Source of the DNA: Anaeramoeba ignava BMAN
Taxonomy: Eukaryota > Protista > Anaeramoebae
Reading direction: 5' to 3'
Assembly (NCBI GenBank): GCA_028826165.1
Contig: JAPDFW010000022.1
Location: 442,758 to 506,757, forward strand
Length of the DNA stretch: 64,000 nt
Both the position numbers and the translations under genes were made by a program. Positions 20,801 to 31,756 of this stretch are shown here, piece after piece. The notes below the pieces were generated by a model. It was not told the origin of the DNA and searched no databases. It saw only the letters and a list, made by a program, of their open reading frames with translations. Every line of letters starts with the position of its first letter. The stretch's first letter is position 1.

Positions 20801-23140
20801 CAAATCATATATTGAAGAAGGTTTTCCACATTCATTTAAAGTTAAATTACAAGCTCTTATTTGAATTGAATAATATTCATTTCCAGTAATATTAGGATAA
20901 AAAGAAGAATTAAATTCTTGATATCTAACATCAAATCCATCTATCAAAACTGGATCTTCAATAATTGTCCAATTAAATCCATAATTAATTTGATATTGAA
21001 GTTGTTCATCATTTTCAATTTGAAACCAATAACATTCAAATTTCGAAAATAAAGAATTACAACCAAACAAATAAACATTCGGAACAAGAGGTTCTTCAAT
21101 GGAAAATTGAGCTAAAGGAACTGGATAATTTCCCCATGCTGTTAAATAATAAAAGTTTGTTGTTGGATCAAAAATTCCAAATGGATAATCAAAATATTCA
21201 TCTAATACATCTAATTCAATTGTATTTTGAATAAGATCAAGTTGAATTACTGCTGTTATTAGCTCTTCAAAATCATCTTCGAATTCTGTGAAAAAAAACC
21301 CAAAATTACCATCACCATCAATAAATGAATCTGTGAAATCATAAACTCCAGAAACTTCTTGGCAACTAATCATTTCCATATAATTCAAATCAATTGAACA
21401 AATTTCAGAAAACATACTATCTTCTAATTTCTCTTCTTGATTTTTTCTATATCTACCAGTTCGAGTTCCAAAATACATTCTTTGATTTGCTTGATCAAGA
21501 CTCATTGTTGAAATATCATAAGAAGTTATATTAATAAAATCGGTAATATTCAAATCTGGTGTACTTATTTTGATAATATAATCACCTTCTTCTTCTGTTT
21601 CCCAATATTCAAAATAACTGTAAATATATCCAGTAGAATAATCAAATCGAAAATAATAAAATTCAGCATCTCCTATATAAATTGAATCCAAAATTTCCAA
21701 ATCAGGACAACTTAATGTTAAGAATAAAAGAACTTCATCATCATCAAAATATGCAAGATAAAGAAGATTATTATTAGGATCATATACAGCATCATCTACA
21801 TATCCAGAAGAATCAATATCCACATATTCCATATTTGTTAAATTAAACATATCAACTTTAAGAACTAAAATTCCTGAATCATCAATAAAATAATAAAGAA
21901 ATCCATTTTGAATATCAATATCTCCAGCATAGATATCATCATAATAATCAAGAATCACATAATCAATCATTTGAAATGATTCAATATCAACTTTGGAAAT
22001 TATTATGTATTCATAATTTTCAAAAAGAAGATAAATTGTTTGATTTGGTTCATCAAGTAAAATATATTGAACTTGAATAAAAAGAGGTTCCAAAAATTCA
22101 ATTTCTTGTTGAAATTTAGTAAGATCAAATTTAATTATCTCTGCATATGCTAATGAAATGAATGAATAATTATATTGGAAATCAAAAGAAGCTGTTGAAG
22201 AATAAGAATAACCATCAAGATATTCACCATCTATAAATGAGAAAGAATCAAGATCAACTCTCACTATTGCTGGATCTTCTGTAACAAAATATCCAGTATT
22301 CTCATTTTCATCAATTGCTGCTGCTACACACCATTCATAATCCTCTAATTCTAATGCATCATCATAAGAAAAGGTTTCAACATCAATTTTCACAACTAAA
22401 AATGGATAATCATAATTTCCAAAATAGAGAAATTCTTTTGAAACTCCTAAAAATCCTTGAGAAGCTCTATAAACATCATATTCAGTTAAATCAAGATCCG
22501 CAATAATTGTGAAATCTGTCAAATTGATTTTGAAGATTAATGAATAATAATTATAATCATTTTCACCAGATACATAAAGAATATTGTTTTCAAGATCAAT
22601 AACAGATCCAAAGCCATATTCATAATTCAATTCTAAAGGATCTCCTTCTTGTTGGAAAGTATTCAAATCAATTTTGATAACTTGAGCTGGATAATATGAA
22701 ACAAAATATGCTTTTTGATTTTCAATATCAATCTGAGCAGATTCAAACCCATAATATGTTCCCAAAGTTAATACACCAACAACTTGAAAAGTATTCAAAT
22801 CAACTTTGGAAATTTGACTTGGAGAACTATCTGATCCAAAATAAGCTAAATTATTTTCAGTATCAAAAACTCCACTTCCAACTCCCCAAATTCCCAAATC
22901 AAGCGAATCAATTAAATCAAGTGTGCTCATATTGAATTTGTAAAGTTTTCCTTCTAATACATATTCATCCATACCCCAAGGATCATCAGCAAAATAAACT
23001 AATTGATTTGAAGCATCAATAAAAGAATAAGTAGGATATTCAATCCCTTCTGGAAAATATAATTCTTGATTAAGAGTAAGTTCAGATTTAATAAATGAAA
23101 TGAAGAAAAAGAAACCAAAGAAAAAAAGCAATTTTTTCAT
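17852..23140 (-). CDS. Large type-I membrane surface protein: signal peptide, acidic beta-propeller-like N-half, fibronectin-III-like tandem repeats, C-terminal TM and short basic tail
   Basis: MKKLLFFFGFFFFISFIKS signal (likely ATG at 23140). About four ~185-aa near-identical repeats (YEISIFASAD, PISITPKLGN). TM VISLSVVVPVVVIALIVVLIILI followed by RKSKK. Intronless. Confidence 0.8.
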   Translation of the reverse strand: MKKLLFFFGFFFFISFIKSELTLNQELYFPEGIEYPTYSFIDASNQLVYFADDPWGMDEYVLEGKLYKFNMSTLDLIDSLDLGIWGVGSGVFDTENNLAYFGSDSSPSQISKVDLNTFQVVGVLTLGTYYGFESAQIDIENQKAYFVSYYPAQVIKIDLNTFQQEGDPLELNYEYGFGSVIDLENNILYVSGENDYNYYSLIFKINLTDFTIIADLDLTEYDVYRASQGFLGVSKEFLYFGNYDYPFLVVKIDVETFSYDDALELEDYEWCVAAAIDENENTGYFVTEDPAIVRVDLDSFSFIDGEYLDGYSYSSTASFDFQYNYSFISLAYAEIIKFDLTKFQQEIEFLEPLFIQVQYILLDEPNQTIYLLFENYEYIIISKVDIESFQMIDYVILDYYDDIYAGDIDIQNGFLYYFIDDSGILVLKVDMFNLTNMEYVDIDSSGYVDDAVYDPNNNLLYLAYFDDDEVLLFLTLSCPDLEILDSIYIGDAEFYYFRFDYSTGYIYSYFEYWETEEEGDYIIKISTPDLNITDFINITSYDISTMSLDQANQRMYFGTRTGRYRKNQEEKLEDSMFSEICSIDLNYMEMISCQEVSGVYDFTDSFIDGDGNFGFFFTEFEDDFEELITAVIQLDLIQNTIELDVLDEYFDYPFGIFDPTTNFYYLTAWGNYPVPLAQFSIEEPLVPNVYLFGCNSLFSKFECYWFQIENDEQLQYQINYGFNWTIIEDPVLIDGFDVRYQEFNSSFYPNITGNEYYSIQIRACNLTLNECGKPSSIYDLITRIDSVKNYDLDGYYDYIDIFWDYPDVEIIEGIPNLDHYEVSIQKETDLPSNFSINDSSATYIKVDELEFGYTYYVSMWACSTEECEDEEKGEVVSSSISTGFPNVNSFDCVVSDVLVIDCSWLKPSTSGTPSYYTFTYVATTKEDSDTYYPNSTNQSFRANFQVEEYKINVSGCNSNDFCGLISTVNVTTERLQPPIIKQSISQIEEIKLIFTELTQGRGYLISSNNGTNWQNFTTLYSNETDMIGTLSPLSGNYEYLISIRGCTDSSCGIDYLGLPTSPISISPKLGNVMITCVPLLYGFYCDWEPLDLSIGLRGYSLSFNSTSKCLSIFETSYSKTELFGGANYEISIFASADSNCSYNEYSGNNTTLSITTSRLPPPLINQSISKIEEIEIIFTPQYQEKIKDYLVSINNEIDWQKFTTIQSNGNEMIGTIKPIAGNVEYIVSIKTCTDPNCESEYLGLASSPISITPKLGNISSFNCNSTICGFECNWESLELSTGLKGYSLSFNSTSICLSPSTTSYSKTELFGGANYEISIFASADLNCNYNEYSGLTSTLSLTTLPLSPPTINQSISKIEEIEIIFTKLTLAKTYLVSINNGIDWQKFTTIQSNGNEMIGTIKPLAGNVEYLVSILGCTDKNCESGYLGLASSPISITPKLGNISSFNCNPISCGFECNWESLELSTGLKGYSLSFNSTPICLSPSTTNYPFDSLIGKANYEISIFASADSNCNYNEYSGLNSTLSLTTLPLSAPTINQSISKIEEIEIIFTKLTQAKTYLVSINNRINWQNFTTIQSNGNEMIGTIKPIAGNVEYLVSIRGCTDSSCETQSLGLASSPISITPKLGNMSSINCNSTICGFECNWEALELSTGLKGYSLSYNSINVCLSAAMTSYSVFNLLGDTYYQISIFASADWRCEESNLSGLPIYTSVTTLPAPVETASDSSKDKVISLSVVVPVVVIALIVVLIILIRKSKKNKKENN

Positions 23141-23589
23141 CCTATTTTTATTTTTAAAAAAAGCAAATTTAATAAAACAAAACATTTATTTTAATTTAGT
23201 TTACTTTACTTTATTGAGAATTGAAAAGGAAATAAAACTCTTTTTTTTTAATTTTCTTTTAATAAGAAGATAAAAAAAGGAAATTGAAAAATGAATAAAA
23301 AAAAAAATTTTTTTTGTTGTTTTTTTTTTTTTTAAATTGATCTCTAAAATAAAAAATTAAATTAAAATTAAATTAAAAGAAGAATAAAAGAAAGTTAAAA
23401 GAAAAAAAAATTTTTTTTTATAATTTAAAATTAAAATAAATTAAGAATTAAAGTTATAATTAAACCCTCAAATAAAATTTAAATAAAAAAACAAATTAAA
23501 AATAAAATTAACTAAAAATTAATTTTTTTTGAATAGTTTTAACATTCTTATTTAATTTTTAACCCCTTTTTTGTTGTTCCTTTTTTAAT

Positions 23590-24520
23590 TTATTTATAAA
23601 TTATATTTTATTAACAAATTTATTATTAAATTAATACTTTTTAATTACAAATTATTTTAATTATTTTATTCCAAAATTTTAATTAAATTATTATTTAATT
23701 TTTGATTAGTTTTAATTTATTATTTAACAATATTTTATTTATAAATTATATTTTATTAATAAATTTATTATTAAGTTAATATTTTTAATTACAAATTATT
23801 TTAAATATTTTTATTCCAAAAATTTTAATTAAATTTTTCATTATTTAATTTTTGATTATTTTTTTAATTTATTATTTATCAATATTTTATTTATAAATTA
23901 TATTTTATTAATAAATTTATTATTAAATTAATACTTTTTAATTACAAATTATTTTAATTATTTAATTCCAAAATTTTAATTAAATTTTTATTTAATTTTT
24001 AATTAGTTTTAATTTATTATTTATCAATATTTTATTTATAAATTATATTTTATTAACAAATTTATTATTAAATTAATACTTTTTAATTACAAATTATTTT
24101 TAATTATTTTATTCCAAAATTTTAATTAAATTATTATTTAATTTTTAATTAGTTTTAATTTATAATTTATTAATATTTTATTTATAAATTATATTTTATT
24201 AATAAATTTATTATTAAATTAATACTTTTTAATTACAAATTATTTTAAATATTTTATTCCAAAATTTTAATTAAATTTTTATTTAATTTTTAATTAGTTT
24301 TAATTTATTATTTATTAATATTTTATTTATAAATTATATTTTATTAATAAATTTATTATTAAATTAATATTTTTTAATTACAAATTATTTTAATTATTTA
24401 ATTCCAAAATTTTAATTAAATTTTTATTTAATTTTTAATTAGTTTTAATTTATTATTTATCAATATTTTATTTATAAATTATATTTTATTAATAAATTTA
24501 TTATTAAATTAATATTTTTT
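23590..24520. repeat. ~145-bp tandem satellite, about 6.5 copies
   Basis: TTATAAATTATA recurs at about 23595, 23739, 23891, 24037, 24182, 24327 and 24472. Confidence 0.9.
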
Positions 24521-24574
24521 AATTTAATTTTTTTCATTTTTCATTTTTCATTTTTCATTTTTTTTGGATCCAAA

Positions 24575-25171
24575 ATGACTGAAATTATTGCAACAAAAGA
24601 AATGTGTTATTTTGCTTTTGAGACACTCCTTTCACAATTTGACAAAAAATTCAAAATGGAAAAATATAGTTTTTCAGAAAAAGTATCATGTCCCTTATTT
24701 GTTACATTAAAAAAAGCAGCCAAAGGCTCATTAAAATTACGAGGATGCATTGGGACATTTGAAGACAAGCCACTTGAATCAGGATTAAGAGAATTCACAA
24801 AAGAAGCGGCGTTTCGGGATCCACGTTTTTCCAAACTTGAGAATAAAGAGATACCATCATTAACAATAGGAATATCACTTTTGATAAATTTTGAAAAAGC
24901 TCAAAATTATCTTGATTGGGAAGTTGGAAAACACGGTATTCGTATCTCTCTTGATGGTTATGGCGCTACTTTTCTTCCTGAAGTCGCTCCTGAACAAGGA
25001 TGGGATAAAGAAACTACTATTTTTTATCTTGTTAGGAAATCTCATTATTATGGTGATTTGGATCATGATGCTAAAAACAGAATTCAATTGACTCGTTATC
25101 AATCTTCTAAGATTTCTGCTTCTTATGAAGAATATCTTGATTGGAAAAAAAAAATGGAATCAAATAATTGA
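24575..25171 (+). CDS. AMMECR1: AMMECR1 family protein
   Basis: PLFVT, LRGCIGTF, DPRF, GKHGI, ATFLPEVAPEQGW, TRYQS. Confidence 0.95.
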   Translation: MTEIIATKEMCYFAFETLLSQFDKKFKMEKYSFSEKVSCPLFVTLKKAAKGSLKLRGCIGTFEDKPLESGLREFTKEAAFRDPRFSKLENKEIPSLTIGISLLINFEKAQNYLDWEVGKHGIRISLDGYGATFLPEVAPEQGWDKETTIFYLVRKSHYYGDLDHDAKNRIQLTRYQSSKISASYEEYLDWKKKMESNN

Positions 25172-25704
25172 AATCAAATAATTGAAATCAAATCAAATCA
25201 AATAATTCAAATTAAATTAATTTAAATAATTTAAATCAAATAATTTAAATTAAATCAAATCATTTAAATCAAATAATTTAAATTAAATCAAATCAAATCA
25301 AATTAAATCAAATCAAATCAAATCAAATAATTTAAATCAATTAAATTAAATCAAATAATTTAAATCAAATAATTCAAATCAAATCAAATCAAATTATTGA
25401 AATCAAATAATTTAAATCAAATGAAATCAAATCAATTCAAATCAAATAATTCAAATCAAATTAAATCAAATTAAATCAAATTATTGGAATCAAATAAAAA
25501 ATTCTTCCAATTTCTCTCTTAAAAATACTTTTATTTTTATTGAAAAATTTTTTGTTTTTTGTTTTCAAAAGTTAATATCAATTCAATTTTTTTTGATTCT
25601 ATATTTTTCTACCTTCATTTTACAAAAAAAAAATATACAAACATTTCCATTTTATTAAAAAAAAAGACACATTTGCTTGTTATTGATTTTCCTTTGTTTT
25701 TGAA

Positions 25705-28700
25705 TTAATTTTTTTTCCATTTAACAATTTCTAGTTCAATTTCTTTTGAAAGTTTCATGATTTCTTGGATATTGAAACAACTTTCATTTATATTTTGTAA
25801 AATTGAGTGAATTTTCTCTTCAAATAAATCTAATTTTTCTCCTATTTTTAATTTTTAATTTTTAATTGTTTATTGTTTATTGTTAGTTTAAATCAGCTTT
25901 AGAAATTTTCTCATATTTAAATTTCATTATTTTACCTTGTGTTTTTCTTAAAAAATTTAAAATCACTTCTAATCCAATCCAAATTAAAATATGGTTGTTT
26001 GGGAATTTTTGGATTGCTTGTGAAATTAGTTGAATCATTTCTTCATCTAAAAATTAAATGAAAATTGCATCATTATTTTTTTTTGTTATATTTTCTTTTT
26101 TGGTAATAAAATGTCTAATTTTCATACTGATATAAGGAATAAAAATCTGGAATAAAACACAACATTTAAGCTGTAACTCTTCATTTTCTGAGAATTGAGA
26201 CATTCCTTTAAGAATCATATTGTGAATTTGGAGATTGGAACATAAATAACCTTTTGAATCAAATCAAATCAAATCAAATCATTATTTTTTTTATTATTTA
26301 GAATTTTCGCATTAACAAAAGATTTAAATGGATGTAATATCAAATACTTTGAAATGGCGAGGCAACAACACATATAAATGATGTGAATTTCAACCAAATA
26401 TTTATATTAGAGATAAATTTTTCTTGATGAATTGCAACTATCGTATCAACTAATCCAAATTCAAAAATTTTCTTCATCATTTCTAAAAACAAAACAAAGA
26501 AAACGAAAATAATCAGCAAAAATATTTATAATTCTTATTCTTATTCTTATTCTTATTCTTATTTTTTTTGTTGTTACCAGGAGAAAGAGAAAGATTGGAA
26601 AAAAGTAAAAGATATTTGCCAAAAAAATTCTCTGAATCTGAAAATGAAATCATCAAATTCTTTAGTAGCTCAAAATCAACAATATTAATAATTTCTGGTT
26701 TCCAATCTATTAATTAATAAATTAATAAATGTTTTGTTTCAAATGGAAAAAAAAAATTTCTCACTTTCTTGTTCGGAAATATTAATAAAACAAAGAAGAC
26801 AATTTTCTTGAATTTCTTGAATTTCTTGAAAATTTTTCATTCTTGCAATAATCAATTCTATTCCTCCATTCTTCAATATCTCCAATTGGTTTTCTAATAT
26901 TTTTTTTTGTGATTTAGAGTTATTTTATCAGGTTTTAACAAAAAGAATAAAGAAAAAATCCAAAATAAATATTAAAACTACCTGGCATATCACAAGCAAG
27001 ATTAGATAAGGCTAAAAAGCAATTCTGTTGGATTTCTAAATTAGCTCTGAAACGAGTTCCAATAGAAATGATTTTTTTGATTTTTGATTTTCCAATTGCT
27101 GCTCGCATTTCTTTAAGAAATAAAAAAAAGAAGAAGATCAAAATAAGATGAAAAAAAAGGTATTTCTATTGCTTTGCTTTTTACGCTCATTTTTTGCAAT
27201 TTGAGCTACAACTAAACACAATTTAGAAGCGACTGTGTTAATTTTTTCTGCATCTTTCCAAATCAAATTAATTAGTGGGATCAAATCATTTTCGATAACA
27301 GAATTATAATCTGAAATGAATAATAAATACAAAACAATTTTAAATTGATTTTGGAGAAAGAAAAAAATGTATAAATTTAATAGAAATACCTTGATTTTGA
27401 TAAAGTAAATTTGAGATTGTTTGAAAAGAGAAACGGACCAAATTTTGATTTTTATTGAAAGTTTTAATCAAATGAATGAAATGTTGCATTCCATTCATTA
27501 ATAAAATTTTTTGTTTGCTTTCTATTTTTTGGGAATGATTTCAATTCCAAAATTTAAACAGAAAAAAAAGATGTATATAATATAATTAAAGTTTTGGGAT
27601 TTGGATGAATTTACCTTTGTTTTCAGATAAATTCGAAAGGCATAATGCTGAACCTATTTGAAGTTGATTATTTTGTTCAAATTTTTTCATTGCTTTCCAA
27701 ATTTTTTCAATTCCTGAAAACTGATAAATTTTTGATTGTATTTCTATTGAAATTAATTAGAAAAAGATTTCAGTTTAAAATGGTAATCTAACTGTGAATT
27801 TTTTTACCTGAATTTTTGAAAGTTATATTTGATAAACAACAAATGGAGATCGATAAAATGTTTTCATTATCTTGAAAATTTTCAAGGGAATTCAAGATAT
27901 AGTTAATTATTTTGTCATTAATCAACATATCGACATAATCTATAATTTAAATTTAAATATTAATTTAAATATTAATTTAAATATCAATTTAAATATTAAT
28001 TTAAATATCAATTTAAATATCAATTAAAATATTAATTTAAATATTAATTTAAATATTAATTTAAATATTAATTTAATTATCAATTTAATTATCAATTTAA
28101 TTATCAATTTAATTATTAATTTAAATATCAATTTAAATATCAATTTAATTATTAATTTAAATATTAATTTAAATATCAATTTAAATATTAATTTAAATAT
28201 TAATTTAAATATTAATTTAAATATTAATTTAAATATTAATTTGTTTATAAATGTGTTGATAAATTTGTTGATAAATGTGTTTATAATTGTGTTTATAAAT
28301 TTGTTTATAAATTTGTTTATAAATTTGTTTATAAATTTGTTTATAAATTTGTTTATAAATGTGTTTATAAATTTGTTTATAAATTTGTTTATAAATTTGT
28401 TTATAAATTTGTTTATAAATTTGTTTTAAATAAATTTAATTATAAATTTTAAATATGTTTATAAATTTGTTTATAAATTTGTTTATAAATTTGTTTATAA
28501 ATTTTGTTTATTTAAAATAATAAATTTGTTTATTTAAATTTGTTTTATAAATTTGTTTATAAATTTAAATATTAATTTAAATTTGTTTATAAATAAAAAT
28601 TCAATTTTATAAATTTGTTTTATAAATTTTTTATAAATTAATTTAAATATTCTTTATAAATTTCTTTATAAATTTCTTTTAAATTTAAATATAAATTTAT

Positions 28701-30202
28701 AAATTTGTTTATAAATTTCTTTATAAATATTAATTTCTATTAATTTAAATATTGTTTTAAATTGTGTTTATAAATTTGTTTTTAAATTTGTTTTTTAAAT
28801 TTGTTTATAAATTATAAATTTGTTTATAAATATGTTTATAAATTTATTAATTTAAATATAAATTTAAATATTTTATAAATTTGTTGATAAATGTGTTTAT
28901 AATTGTGTTTATAAATTTGTTTATAAATTTGTTTATAAATTTGTTTATAAATTTGTTTATAAATTTGTTTATAAATTTGTTTATAAATTTGTTTATAAAT
29001 TTGTTTATAAATTTGTTTATAAATTTGTTTATAAATATGTTTATAAATTTGTTTATAAATTTGTTTATAAATTTGTTTATAAATTTGTTTATAAATTTGT
29101 TTATAAATGTGTTTATAATTGTGTTTATAAATTTGTTTATAAATTTGTTTATAAATTTGTTTATAAATTTGTTTATAAATTTGTTTATAAATTTGTTTAT
29201 AAATTTGTTTATAAATTTGTTTATAAATTTGTTTATAAATTTGTTTATAAATTTGTTTATAAATTTGTTTATAAATTTGTTTATAAATTTGTTTATAAAT
29301 TTGTTTATAAATTTGTTGATAAATTTGTTGATAAATTTGTTTATAAATGTGTTTATAAATTTGTTTATAAATATGTTTATAAATTGTGTTTATAAATTTG
29401 TTTATAAATTTGTTGATAAATTTGTTTATAAATTTGTTTATAAATTTCTTTATAAATTTGTTTATAATTGTGTTTATAATTGTGCTTATAAAAAGTTTCC
29501 TACCCCTAAAAAAAGAGATATGATAAATAAAAAATAAACCCCAGAGCTGTATTTTTGAATCAGTGAGATTATTTTGAGTAAATTCCCAAACAGAAGAAAA
29601 GCCTTCTAAATTAATTATATATTGAATATTCTCTAAAAAATTTTTATGAGAAACGAAATTGGAGTTTTTTGATCAGTCCCTAATTTGATAACAAAATTTG
29701 ATTGAAAATTACCATAATTATCCATAATAATGTACACTAAAGCTTTAAGGGATTTTGTTTGCAACTTCAAGTTTTTAATATAACCTCTTATTCTTTCAAG
29801 AATCAATTCAATTCCTTTATTAAATCTGATTTGTTCTTGAAATTCTTTTGTTTTCAAAAAAAATAAGAAAACTTAATAATAAGTATCGATTCAAAAACGG
29901 AAAACGAAAGAAAAAAATTTTCTTTTTACCTTTTCCTTTTTTAGCCAACAAAGTTATTGATGAAATACAGTTGAATTGAATGGGAAGAATTAAGTCACAT
30001 CGAATCAATGTTTCAATAATTTGCTCAACATTTAAAAAAGGGTTTTCTATTAAGAAAAGAGCAAAGAAACATCAAGCAAATGATTATTCAATTAAAGTTA
30101 TAGATTTATTTTGGACAGTTTTCTTACTTTCTTTCTTTTTTCTTGGAATCATAACGAAAATTTTTTTTTTGTACAAAAGAAAATGGTTAGGTATTGGATC
30201 AT
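25705..30202 (-). CDS. Armadillo/ARM-repeat protein, about 15 exons; 5' end uncertain
   Basis: Repeats such as GIELILERIRGYIKNLKLQTKSLKALVYII and NLEIQQNCFLALSNLA; 13 internal GT-AG exons of 102-135 bp keep the frame. Confidence 0.75.
27945..29495. repeat. Composite intronic array: (AAATATTAATTT)n grading into (ATAAATTTGTTT)n
   Basis: Two 12-bp units with a degenerate transition zone. Confidence 0.95.
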
Positions 30203-30884
30203 AAAAGTTTTGAATTAAAAATCGAAAAAAAAAAATTTTTTTTTTATTTTTAATTAAATTTTTTTCTTCTTTTTCTTTTTCTTTTTTAATTTGTTTTTCC
30301 TTCTTATTTTTTAAATTTTTGACTTTTTTAATTGATTTTATAACTTTATCTTTACTTATTTTCCTTCAAATAATTTTCTCTTAATCTTTTTAAATTTTTA
30401 ATTAATTTTTAATTTAATTTTTTAATTTAAAAAAAAATTTTTTTTTTCAATTATTTTCTTTATTAGTTTCTTATTTTAATTCATTCTCGTTACTCTTCCA
30501 AATTATTTTATTAAAGGATAAGTTAGGGGGCAAATTAATTTCTTTAATAAAAAAGCAAAAAAAAAATTTATAACAATACGTGTTATAAAATGTTTTACTT
30601 TCTAAAATTATTTTTTAATAATACTTTATATACTCCTCCCTCAGCTATATCTTATATACACAGAGATCAAAGATCGATTCAAAATATAGTTTTTGTTTTT
30701 AAGGATCCCTTAATGATCAATTTGTTGTAAGAAGTGCATTTAGTTTTTAATTATTATTTTTTTTTCGACTTTTAAAAGACGAATTTTGACTACTCTTGTT
30801 ATATAAATTTTATTTTAGATCTTTTTGGTAGAATCATACATTTCAATTTTTATTATTTATTACTTAATATTTCAATATTTAAAA

Positions 30885-31650
30885 TTGATATTTTGAATAT
30901 ATTGAATATTTTGAATATTTTGAATATATTGAATATATTGAATATATTGAATATTTTGAATATTTTGAATATATTGAATATTTTGAATATTTTGAATATA
31001 TTGAATATATTGAATATATTGAATATTTTGAATATTTTGAATATATTGAATATATTGAATATATTGAATATTTAGAATATTTTGAATATTTTTGAATATT
31101 TTTGAATATATATTGAATATTTTGAATATATTGAATATTTTGAATATATTGAATATTTTGAATATATTGAATATTTTGAATATATTGAATATATTGAATA
31201 TATTGAATATATTGAATATTTTGAATATATTGAATATTTTGAATATTTTGAATATTTTGAATATATTGAATATTTTGAATATATTGAATATTTTGAATAT
31301 TTTGAATATTTTGAATATATTGAATATTTAGAATATTTTGAATATATTGAATATTTTGAATATTTTGAATATATTGAATATTTTGAATATATTGAATATA
31401 TTGAATATTTTGAATATATTGAATATATTGAATATTTTGAATATTTTGAATATTTTGAATATTTTGGATATATTGAATATATTGAATATATTGAATATAT
31501 TGAATATATTGAATATATTGAATATATTGAATATATTGAATATATTGAATATTTTGAATATTTTGAATATATTGAATATATTGAATATTTTGAATATATT
31601 GAATATTTTGAATATTTAGAATATATTAAATATACTGAATATATTGGATA
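30885..31650. repeat. 9-bp (GAATATATT/GAATATTTT)n array upstream of the prohibitin gene
   Basis: Tandem array visible directly. Confidence 0.95.
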
Positions 31651-31756
31651 TTTTCCATTTTTTGAATTTTTCATTTTTCATTTTTCATTTTTCATTTTTC
31701 ATTTTTCATTTTTCATTTTTCATTTTTCATTTTTCTGGAAATATTAAAAAATTTAA

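Noticed and set aside
30128-30202. Definite first exon of the ARM gene
   Set aside because: The ATG frame gives a phase-0 donor that does not match the phase-1 next exon; possible homopolymer error or a different start, left unresolved
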